NCBI GenBank assembly: GCA_964016885.1
Contig: OZ024740.1
Span: 126,976,001 to 127,040,000, forward strand
DNA: 64,000 bases
From: Eledone cirrhosa
Taxonomy: Eukaryota
Direction of reading: 5' to 3'
Shown here: positions 11,885 to 23,366 of the stretch, one piece after another
Layout of the letters: each line of letters starts with the position of its first letter
Numbering within the stretch: position 1 is the first letter of the stretch
Program-made: the position numbers and the translations under genes
The notes under the pieces: model-generated
What the model saw: the letters and a program-made list of their open reading frames with translations, nothing else
Told to the model about the DNA's origin: nothing
Databases searched by the model: none

Positions 11885-13158
11885 GTGGACATGATTGAAA
11901 TATTTGTACTACTTTTGATGAGATTTTATCATATTCTGGTTTAGCATATTATACATTGCCATTTCTACGAATGTTGTTTTATCTGAGATTAGATCATTTT
12001 AGTTATTCCATGAATCAATTCTTCAGAGCCGCCTTGTTTTCGCGTTATCCATTAATGTTTGGTTACAGAAGGTAAGAATTATATCGCTTCAACTCCTAGC
12101 GAGTAGACACAAACTATTGTGGTGGTTGTTTATAGTTGAGTAATGTCCATTTTTATGTTGTTAAATTCTCGTTTATTTGTGTTATTACTGGATCAGGTAT
12201 TTATTGTCTGTTATTATGGAGATCAGGATGTCGACTTTCTAGAAAACGCAAGCTATAATATAGGTATCATATATTGAATGTTGCCAGTCTATGAAGTGCA
12301 TGTACTTGAATTCACAATTGTATTTCGTTTTATAGCATTGGTTTTGACATTCTTCAGCAGTACTAAATATGTTTAAGCATAATATGTTATATTAACTCTT
12401 GAATAAGAAAATATTAATCCGATGAAATTATTATTGGTTTGTATATGCAATTCTATTCAATGAGATTTGTAAATTTTGGTGAGTTCTTATTCAGTGTTTT
12501 ATTTTGAGGCAATACCTTCGCCTTTTAGAAACAAAATGTCTTTAAGTAGGTTGAGAAAGGTATGGAAACGAGGGAAGAAGGGGGGAGGGTATAATCCAGT
12601 CTAAAGTAAGTTGAAAAGCAATACAGAGTGGTAAGATAAAACCTACAGTGAAGGATTGTGATGCATTAAACAGTCTTTCATAAACATTGTAACTTTCACA
12701 GAAAGCTTCATAGTGGTGAGGAAATATTCTATAAGCATATTTATTAAAGTACATAGTAACAGACACAAAATGCATAACTGGTTAAGGGGACGCTCCATTT
12801 AAAGAAAGTTTTAGTTAGGTACTTTCGGGAAGAAATTAGTTGGGAGCGGAGATAGCCAACCGAGAAGTATATTAATAGGAAATCCGTGGGGAATGAAGAT
12901 GATTTCTAAAAAATACGAGGGAAACTTTTAAGGTAGGAGAGGAGATAGATTGACTCTTAATATCTACAGAGCAGATGTGGGTCGATAAGTGCATACGTAA
13001 ATGAATCCAGTGTCCGGCAGGGGTGAGGGTGTTTGAATATAAAAGGATTAAAAGGACGATAGCAGTGAGAATATGATAAATAGAATGTTCAAGCATGCAT
13101 AGGGAGGCATGCTATATACAAAGGTAGCTTGTATATAGCATAAAATTGTTTTTTACAC

Positions 13159-14870
13159 CAATGCTACAGGACCCACGACACCCGGTGGCACAAAATCGGT
13201 TTTTAGACCAAGGCTACAGAACCCACGACACCCGGTGGCACAAACCGATTTTGAAAAACCGAAAATAATCAATCTTTCCAATACAAACCTCTCAGCCCAA
13301 CAAGTAAAAATTCTCCCCAAAGGACTGAAATTCACACCAACACCACAATACGTTAACCTCAATGAGATAAAGGACGATATCTCACACTTCTGTAGAAAAT
13401 TACGTCTCTCAGAGGAATTCTTTGACAAGGAGAATAACAACCAATCAACTGTACGGAATAAAAGCAGCTACAACCCAACAAAAGGTAGAAACAGAGTTCT
13501 GGACACATTTTGTGACCACATAGCTACTTTCCCATACCATGAACTACCGCAACCTAAACCCAAACCCAACACGAGTCGAAGGGAATGGGAGATTATCCAT
13601 GAACTAAAAAACAATACGGACAATGGAAGTACTGTTGTCATAATGGATGCGGAAAAAAAAAAAATTCTATGTTCTCTCTCTTACAAAATACTAATTACTA
13701 TGAAAGAGTAAAAAACTACCAGCAATCAAAAACAATGCGCAGATTAAACACACTGATTTGTCGATACTAGGAAGACTTAACTAAAAAGGAACGCGATTAT
13801 TTAACGCATTTTGAATTCAAAACCAGCAACCTTTACGGATTCCGAAGATCCACAAGTGTAAAACAATTAACGATGCCTGTAAACAATCCATCTCAGCTTA
13901 ATTAACGGCATCAATTACCAATGGAATACATCCAAGATCAACTCCCATTTTCTGGACATCTTGATCTTAAAATAATACACAAATATTGAAACTGACATAC
14001 ACTACAAACCAACAGATTCCAATCAATACCTGCTATTCACCTCCAACCATCCAAAGCACACAAAGACGAACATTCCTTATAACCTATCAAGAATAATTTG
14101 TACAATTGTCTCCAATTATGAAACGCAAAATAAAAGACTTCAAGAATTAAAGGAAATTCTACTCGAAAGACAGTACCCACCATTACTAATAAATAATGGA
14201 ATAGAAAGGGCTAAAGCAATAAACATTGATGAATTATGAAAACAGAACCAAATTCAAGGTGCGTCCAATATTCTATCATATATCTCAACACACAACCCAA
14301 GAAATGCGGAAGCTTACAACACTATTCACAAGAACATCCGACTACTGAAACAAGACCCAATGATGAAAAAAAAACCTTGAAACAAAGTAATCAAAAGCAA
14401 AAGACAACCGAAATCACTGAAAACATTACACACCAATGCCAAATTACTTACCACAAACCCACAACCAATTGTCAAAAAATGTGGTCGCTCTAATTGTGGA
14501 AGCTGCAATCACCTCATTGAAGACAACACGTATACATTTAAATCAGGTCAAAATTTTGATGTAAAAAATCACTTCACTTGCTCATCAAAAAGTCTACTTT
14601 ATGCCATTAAATGTAAAGGATGCAATGAAGATTATATAGGACAAACTAAACTCACACTCAGAAACAGAATGACAGTTCATTGCCAACAATTACGAGATTC
14701 AACCACGAGACATATACCACTAAGCGCATATCTAGAAATATGCGCAAGTAATAAGACACCCAAATTCCAAGTCTTCCCATTTTACCTTTGCACTGACAAT
14801 ACAACAGAACTAATACGAGTAAATAAGGAAAATATGTTTATTCAAAAATAGACCAGCATTAAATATGTTT
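13159..14870 (+). mobile_element. PLE pseudogene: RT with central deletion, Cys linker, C-terminal GIY-YIG endonuclease
   Basis: IINLS..KGLKFTPTP..RKLRL, DNGSTVVIMD, YG-PKIHK, then FLDILI, HYKPTDSNQYL..SNHP, CGRSNCGSC, LLYAIKCKGCNEDYIGQT..RMTVH; several frameshifts; ~49-bp tandem duplication at the 5' end. Confidence 0.9.
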
Positions 14871-15279
14871 TAGTATACATTATGTCAACACCATAACATG
14901 CTAACCATCCAAACAGACACATACACACACACATAACACATTCTACTTTAGAAAATAAAAACCCGATCTAAATAAACCTTAACATACATTTGCGCTGAGA
15001 ATACAACAGAACAAATACGAATAAGTAAGGAAAATATGTTCATTCAAAAATATTCCTGCTAACGGAATCATTTTCCTACACACACACTCAAACACAATAT
15101 ATATATTCTCTTTATCTTAACCTACTAAGCATACAACCACACATATATATATAATACAAAGTTGTAGCTTATGTGATGAAACAACAAAAAAACAAATCAA
15201 AGAGTACCAGGTAACTTACTTTTTCCAATTTGCACTGTTTAGCCCTCTATCCCATTCCATGTTATATATATATGATATG

Positions 15280-15359
<80 letters not shown>

Positions 15360-15401
15360 ATATATATACATATAAGTTATACCTGGTTGAATACAACTTT
15401 G

Positions 15402-15435
<34 letters not shown>

Positions 15436-15744
15436 CAAAGTTGTATTCAACCAGGAATAACTCATATATATATATATTTGTGTGTGTGTGTGTGTGTCTA
15501 TATATATATAGAGAGGATAACAATATATCGTTAAAGGTAATCCGATAAGAGGTTGTGAAAATTATTTATCATTTATCATGGATAGTTTAAGCGTACGGCA
15601 TTGTGTGACTAAACAAGAGGTTTACGTGGATGACGAGTTAATGACTTGACTTGGATTCCTATCTAAGTATATATTGTAGTGATAAAATTGAAAAAGTGAA
15701 GAATAACATGATCAACAGTACAAACAAATCTAACAATTGTTTAC

Positions 15745-15844
15745 AGTCTAACAATTGTTTCTATGATAGAGTTGTCTAGAAATTGCTAAACACTGAAGTC
15801 AGTGGCTCTAGATTACATGCAACAATCGTCATTTCTTCAGAACT
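15745..15844 (-). ncRNA. Hammerhead motif with long stem II
   Basis: - strand: agtt-CTGAAGA-aatga...(~70 nt)...tcata-GAAA-caattg-TT-agact. Confidence 0.7.
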
Positions 15845-16050
15845 AAGAGAAAATACAAAATATATGCGTAACGGTAAATTTATAAATTCAAATTGCCACA
15901 TCAGTAATAATATTAATAATAAAGATATAGAGTGAAATAAAGGGAGGGGGTAGATGGAAAGGATGGAGGGAAAAGAAAGGCGAACGAGAAAACGAAAATA
16001 CAGTTATATGCATAACCGGCAAAATTACGAAATCAAACTATCACATCAAA

Positions 16051-16157
16051 AGTCTCTGACAAAATGATAGAGGTTGCATGTGTTTTAATTTGAGTGCCAC
16101 TGCCTTCAGTGTTTAGCAATTTCTAGATATCTCTACCGTAGAAACAATTGTTAGACT
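16051..16157 (+). ncRNA. Hammerhead motif with long stem II (one core mutation)
   Basis: agtct-CTGACAA-aatgatagag...ctctaccgta-GAAA-caattg-TT-agact; perfect stem I agtct/agact. Confidence 0.65.
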
Positions 16158-16235
16158 GTAAATAAATGTCCTTGTTTGTACTGTTGAACATGTTATTCTT
16201 CACTTTTTTCAATTTTATATATATATATATATATA

Positions 16236-16780
16236 CAATATGTTGAAAAGGTAACACACCAGAGATAGATACAGTGCGCCATCAATAAAATAGGGAAAAA
16301 CCACCAGTGTATGGAATATATAACCTATGAAAGGCAGAATATAGACACGATCATTTAAAATATAAATTAAAGCGTAAATAAATACCTCTATAAATATATA
16401 ACACACGTACAAATCCAAAGTGATCCAAAGTGATCTGTTTCGCCCATAAACATGCTGTGACTTCTCTCTCCCACGTGTAGTTGGACGGCCGCTTTAAAAA
16501 TTCTCTTAGTGTTGTCTGAAATGTATAGCCCAACACAAGCTGATGAATCTGGGTTATTCCATTTCCGTCAACAATTCACTGGCGAAACAGATCATTTTGT
16601 ATTTGCACGTGTGTTAAATAGTTATAGAGGTATTTATTTACGCTTTAATTTATATTTTCAATTATCGTGTCTATATTCTGCCTTTGGTGGGTTATAGATT
16701 CCCATACACTAGTGGCTTTTCCCTCTTTTGATGATGGTGCACTGTATCTATCTCTGGTGTTACCTTTTCAAAATATAGTA
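16236..16780. mobile_element. Inverted-repeat cassette (~200-bp arms) with decayed HHR-like motif
   Basis: 16236-16444 is inverted relative to 16581-16780; CTGATGA at 16540 and ggcGAAAcagatc at 16581, the latter mirrored on - at ~16430-16444. Confidence 0.7.
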
Positions 16781-16860
16781 TTTTAAATGCCCAGGATTTC
16801 CTCTCCTTTGTGCACATTATTTACAGGGAACGGCGAGAGTCTATGGCTCCGTTAATGTAT

Positions 16861-16906
<46 letters not shown>

Positions 16907-17049
16907 AGTATATGTTGGTTGTTTACCGACACCTCAGTATGCAGAGTGGAGCACTCGACGAAGTTCGCACGTTGGTTTGGTTACTCCAGTGTAATGTAAA
17001 GTAAATAAAAATAAATAAGTCAAATATTTAAAATTTGGCTTCGTTTATT

Positions 17050-17100
17050 ACTGCTATATATATTTCGGTGACAGCCATCTTTCGCTGTAGTCCTCAGCAT
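17050..17100 (-). ncRNA. Hammerhead motif with (UA)n stem III
   Basis: - strand: atg-CTGAGGA-ct-acagc(gaaagatg)gctgt-cacc-GAAA-tatata-TA-gcagt. Confidence 0.7.
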
Positions 17101-17224
17101 TTCGGGATTTCGACACCCGGGTTATGGGCTATTACACTCCACCATTGTCTCACATGCTCTTAATACACAACGCACCGTGATAGTCTAGAGATTGATTCTG
17201 ACACAGCCTTTCTAATTTGGTCAA

Positions 17225-18560
17225 AATTTTCCAAATCTTTCTAACTTTGAGATTGGTTATAATACACACATTTTATTTGAATATCTTATTTTATTATTTT
17301 ATCATCTTATTCCTTCTACAATTTTATCATTTTTCTGTTTACTTATTTGCTTATATTATATTATTTTATTTTATTTTATATTATTTTATTTCATTTTACT
17401 CTACTTTACTTCTTTATTTCTTTATTTTATACTTATTTTTTAGTCTTTTACCTTTTCATTTCATTCTATTGTTCTCTTAATTTCTTTTTTTTTAATTGTT
17501 TTATTATTTTTTATTTTCTTCATTTTATTGACTTTTATTCCTTCATATGCTTGCCCCCCACCACAAGAAATAGTGGCAGGACGGATGCCAACACACACAC
17601 ACAAAACCTTCTAAAATCAGTAGCAGTAAGACTTAAGCTGACTGCAGCACCAACACCAATGCCAACATAAGGGTAGAGGTCAGGTGTACTTAACAATAGC
17701 AAAAACAAACACTACAGATCGCCCCACTTCAGAAAGAATTTCTAAAAACTTTTGACTGAGGAATGCTCTCACAACTGACCAATGGGAGGAGAGGATCTTC
17801 CAAACCTTTCTAACTTTCAGATTGGTTATAACACACACATTTTCTTTGATTATCTTATTTTATTCTTTTAACGTCTTATTCGTTCTACCATTTTATCATT
17901 TTTTTTTGTTTACTTATTTGCTTACATTATCTCCGGTGGATTGGCAGTATCGGTAGAGGGTCGGACGCCATGCTTTCCAGCATAGTTACGTCCCTTTACG
18001 ATCTGAGTTCAAATCCCGCCGAGGTTGACTTTGCCTTTCATCCTTACGGGGTCGATAAAATAAAGTACCAGTAATGCACTGGGTAATTACTGGCCTAGTG
18101 CCTAAAGTAGAAACAATTATCTCATATTATTTTATCTTATTCTATCTTATTTTATTTTATTTTATTTTACTCTATTTTTCTTTATTTTATTCGTATTTTT
18201 TAGTCTTTTAATCTTTTCGTTTCATTCTATTTTTTTTTTTATTATTTATTATTTATTTTTTTTTTTTATTATCTTCATCTTATTGCCTTTTATTTCTGCA
18301 TATGCTTGACCCCCCCCCCCTCCACGCCCCCCAGCACCATCACGACAAATGGTGGCAGGTAGATGCCAACACACACAGGCCCTTCTAAAATCAACAGCAG
18401 TGGGACTTAAATCTGACCCCAGCACCAACACCACTACCAACATAAGATGTACTTAACAATAACAAAAACAACCACTACAGATTGCCTCGCCTCAGAAGGA
18501 ATTTCTATAGACTTTTGACTGAGGAATGTTCTCACAACTGACCAATGGGAGGAGAGGATG
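17225..18560. repeat. ~570-bp tandem duplication; second unit interrupted by a SINE
   Basis: ctttctaacttt..gattggttataa at ~17237 and ~17806; ctcacaactgaccaatgggaggagaggat at ~17768 and ~18531. Confidence 0.85.
17934..18115 (+). mobile_element. tRNA-derived SINE with 8-bp TSD
   Basis: A-box-like tggcagtatcggt, B-box-like gagttcaaatccc; TSD attatctc at 17926 and 18116; seven related copies in the window. Confidence 0.9.
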
Positions 18561-18713
18561 CCCTTTGACGCTGAAATTCGTTTGTTTAAATTCATATGAT
18601 TCCAGTTCCTCATAGAAACAACAACCCAACTAGGAACTGAGCATATCAGAGTATTGACAAAGTTAAACAACTCAACAACATGTGTACTCCTCGTCTCTAC
18701 CCCACAAATTCGG

Positions 18714-19174
<461 letters not shown>

Positions 19175-19209
19175 ATATATATATATATATATAATTATAT
19201 ATATATATA

Positions 19210-19240
<31 letters not shown>

Positions 19241-19241
<1 letters not shown>

Positions 19242-20003
19242 AGAAAAATGGAGTGTTGCGTGGTTGCACGTGGTTTGTATATGAATAAAATTAGTCCTTC
19301 ATCAGTGATCTTCCAACCTTCATTGATATTTCATCGCTTTAAAAACCATATACCTCTGGTTGGTGCGAGCAATAACTAAATAATTTTATTGGGACAAGTA
19401 AAATAGGGTGAAACGAACGAGACATGTAAACAAACAAAAATGGTATTGCAACGGAAAGATAGAAAGATACATGTATATGATATCTGTAAGCTTAAGATTG
19501 GTGACATCATGGACGAGAGATACAGACCATCCGACATGGGTAAGATGTGAGCGAGAAAAGTATTTCACACAGGTCAAACGGGAGGAAGTGAGAGAGGGGG
19601 AGAAGCAGAGAGTGAGTGAGTGGAAGTGTGAGGAAGAGGACAGCCGAGAGAGAGTGTGACTGGCAGAAAGGGTAAAAAGAAGGTGAGAGATACAGAGAGA
19701 GCAGAAGCTGTAAGAAAGAAACAGACACTCGCAGCTGAGGAAAAAAATATGAATATAAGAAAAATGGAGTGCTTCGTGGTTGCACATGGGTTACATATGA
19801 ATAAAATTAGTCCTTCATCAGTGATCTTCTAGCCTTCATTGGTATTTCATCGCTTTAAAAATCATACACTTCTGGTTGGTGCGAGCAAAATTAAATAAAG
19901 TTATTGGGACAAGTAAAATAGGGTGAAACAAGCGAGACATGTAAACAGGCAAAGATGGTATTGCAACGGAAAGATAGGAAGAGACAAGTACATGATGTCT
20001 GTA
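19241..20003 (-). mobile_element. Family C element, second copy, with terminal direct repeats
   Basis: 19241-19490 recurs at 19759-20003; shares gtccttcatcagtgatcttc and tttcatcgctttaaa with 1008-1882. Confidence 0.7.
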
Positions 20004-20235
20004 AACAGAAAATAACAAAGAAAACGGCACAACGTAATGAACAAATATATTATTTTAATGATTTATAGTGTAGGAAAAGAATCTTAATATTTGGGATACT
20101 AGTCCTTCGTAAAGTGATGGATTGAGAAATAAAATATTAAATAGAAAGATAGAGAGTGAGAAGACGAAGGAATGGAAAAAGTATTGAGAAACATCTCATG
20201 TGTATATATTATGTATGAGATGCGTGTGCGTGTGA

Positions 20236-20355
20236 AGGCGTGTAATTGAGTGCTTAACGTGCGAGGCCAACGAACATAAGGTCGTAAGTTCGAATATCAC
20301 TGGCTCAATGTGCTCCGATTAAACCACTATTTTCTCTATTTTACTCAGCTGGCAT
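20236..20355 (+). mobile_element. Degraded tRNA-SINE of a second family
   Basis: aggcgtg...aaggtcgtaagttcgaat head resembles 63254-63490(-). Confidence 0.5.
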
Positions 20356-20419
20356 ATTCATTAACGGTTTTCTACTAAACTTGTATTCATATACACACAA
20401 ATAGATTCTGAGGATGTCA

Positions 20420-20960
20420 AACTAGTTGAATCTGGGCCTGATGGTAATCGTAGAAAATAGGATGAAGACAGTTTCTCTACTCTTCCGCACAGTAATAAAT
20501 CATGTTTTCTTTATTCTGCTGAGCATAAACATTTTTCTAAAGACATTTTTACCGTCAAGGTCTACTTCAATTCTGGCAAGATCAGCAGGTGAGATTATAA
20601 GTAAGTCTGTTTTGTGATCTTTTAGGATGATAAATATGACACGTTTAGCTAAATATTCGAGATATTTAACTATGTAAAATTTGCTACCTAGCTATTTCTA
20701 ATTAGTGTTAAGGTCATGGTATGTAGCGAGACTGACATTTTTATCTGTTAGTTATACATTTATGTAAAAAGATGCTACGTTTAGTATTATCTGGCTCAAA
20801 TAGTAGGTTAGATTGTTCAGATAGAACAAATGTGTTGTTTGATGATCTATGTTTTCAAGTTATTTTATTTTGGAAGTTGATAAGGCCCTGCCAAAAGGAC
20901 ATGTAGGCAAATAGGTGGCTAAGTCTAAGGCGTAAATATCTGGAGCCTACGTTGCAGGAA
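20420..20960 (-). pseudogene. Highly degraded PLE RT N-terminal fragment
   Basis: - strand gives IFIILKDHKTDL (cf. PLE FITLKDHK) and EPDNTKR (cf. ADKT); a decayed HHR-like motif lies downstream at ~20080-20120(-). Confidence 0.4.
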
Positions 20961-21084
20961 TTGTCTGTTCCGGTGAGGTTTAAATATAAATATATTTCAA
21001 TTAATTTTACATACATAATTTGAGCAATCTGGTCGAAAATAATATGCAGTGAGTTTTAATGAAAAAACAATTTAACATAATTAA

Positions 21085-21302
21085 CATATTTCTTATATAG
21101 ACACAAGGCCAACAAATTCGGGGGGGGGGGAGTCGATTAAATCGACCCCAGTGTGTGACTGGTACTTTATGTTATCGACCCCGTATGGATGAAAAGCAAA
21201 GTTAACCTCGGAGGGATTTGAACTCAGATCATAAAGGGCCGTAACTCTATGCTGAAAAGCATGGCATCCGACGCCCTACCGATACTGCCAATCCACCGCC
21301 CT
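21085..21302 (-). mobile_element. tRNA-derived SINE
   Basis: Reverse complement of the 17934 SINE with a longer 3' part. Confidence 0.88.
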
Positions 21303-21513
21303 AAAATCAATTTAGCATAATAACAAATGTTTTGATGATCCAAAAGGGACAAGGCAGGGTTTGCTAACTTCAATTTGTTATACATGTTATAAAGATCCTT
21401 TTTATATATATATATACCAGGTGCGCTTTTCAAACCCCTTTTTATCGTTTTCATTTCATAAGGTGAACGTGATATGTATAGAATATTTTCTAACATCTAC
21501 ACTTTAATTCCAC

Positions 21514-21544
<31 letters not shown>

Positions 21545-23088
21545 CTGCAATTCAGATCTTTAACCCATATTATGATATATCCTTCATGATCATAGAGCTT
21601 TTCATTAATTGCATTATTTTTCTATATCTGTATTCACAGTCTCACGGTGATATAAACTAAAAAAATAGTATTCTCACTCTATAGATTTTTTTCTTGTGAT
21701 AATAACATCCAGTTTATTATTCCAGTAGGTTTCAGAGAATTCAATCCATAATACGATTTATAGTCTTAGAAATTCTTCGTAAGTTTAGAAAGAAGTTAAA
21801 CAAAGTTTATCGTCCGGAAGTATGACAAAAACTTACATTCAAGATGGACAGTATTTCCCTTGGTTGCTGTTTACTTATGAGGTAAACTGAACTACCTCAC
21901 ACGATGGCTGACTTTGTGGCTATTAGCTATTTTAGAATCAATGGAAAAAGCCGATTTCATGGATTATTTAAGCATGAGAAGAATCTTGCATTTATTAATT
22001 TCGGATCGAATTCCTTTCTCAAGTATTGTAATATTCTATATTCTAACCCCCTTCTCGCACAACCTAGAAGCAATAGATGTTCAACGTTTGGTATTTAATA
22101 TATCCATGCTGAAGCAGATTCATATTTGCTTTTCTTTTGCAATGAAAAACTTGCTGCTTGAAGAATATAATTGTGTCCACTCCTTCATTGCTTTTTCGCG
22201 TACGTTGAACAAAAAAAAAATCGAAAGACAGATTTACTTTACTGCTATCAATGAACCAATAACATGTTTCATACACCTTTCTAGAAAATGAAACAAAACT
22301 CCCTACAAAGGAAAGATATTAATTTTAGTTGTGCGTTTTTTTTTATGCCGCGTATTGCAAAGAACTATGTTTCAGTTTTATCGTTAATAGTGAAGAATCA
22401 TTCTTAACCTCCCAACATATTAGATATTTTTCAATGAAAGGGAACTTCGAAAAATAAAAAAAATAAAAATAAATAATAAAAACTGAGTACAGGATCAATG
22501 TCAGCAGCTATAACTTCTGTTGTTACAACATATAACTTACGTTGTTGCAAAGCAGTGTATATTCCTGATATTACACGAGTGAAAAGAATACAATAAAATA
22601 AAAATAAGTTGTTTGTTAGGATGTTAGGAAAGTATGTCATTGGGAATTCTATTATAGAACAATAAGTCTTGAGTGATGAATGATATGCTAGATTTCCACT
22701 GGGAACTCATATTAGTGCCCATTTTATTTATCGGAAAACGATACTGAAAATCTGAATTCTCGAACATTATCCGACAAAACCTTATTAAAGAAGGCATCTA
22801 AAAGAAATTATTATTCCAGTGGACAAACATTTCTCATTACACATTTTATAGTTATTTATTACACGTTCAATCTGAATCACATGTTCATACATTTCAAAAA
22901 TGTCCACTGCTTGATAAAATTACTCGCAGAGTTAAAACCACATCTGGATGCATTTGGGATACACATCAAATATTGATCTTCCGCAGACACTTTTAGAACT
23001 GTACTGAGAAAACACTTATAAAATATTTCGACATACGAACTCATTTACTGACTTGCAACTGGAAAGAAAACATGCCCAAATGCACATC

Positions 23089-23122
<34 letters not shown>

Positions 23123-23124
<2 letters not shown>

Positions 23125-23312
23125 CTAAAGAAATTTTAGCCTGATAATGGGGTTTAGAACCCTCAGATAAATGGAAAAAGATGAGTATTCATGTACAATA
23201 ATACTCATCTTTTTCCCTTTAACAGGCTAAAATTCTTTTAGTCAAAAATACAGTGAAAGCTATTTTATTTTCTAATTTCAAACCTGCTCACTGTTTCAAA
23301 ACATACAAACTT
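23123..23312. repeat. Family B palindromic cassette, second copy
   Basis: gactaaagaaattttagcctg...caggctaaaattctttt-agtc; aligns with 670-949. Confidence 0.8.
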
Positions 23313-23333
23313 GATATATATATATATATATAT

Positions 23334-23334
<1 letters not shown>

Positions 23335-23366
<32 letters not shown>

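Larger units (their letters stand above)
15682..16218. mobile_element. Inverted-repeat cassette (~165-bp arms) with one hammerhead per arm
   Basis: 15682-15844 is an imperfect reverse complement of 16051-16218; the right end abuts (TA)n. Confidence 0.8.

Noticed and set aside
14460-14660. Selenocysteine (UGA) recoding as in some Naiad PLEs
   Set aside because: Cys positions in the linker and GIY-YIG region are ordinary TGT/TGC codons.
21900-22300. Possible PLE remnants on - (also 7600-7860 and 12850-13100)
   Set aside because: Only vague motif resemblance.
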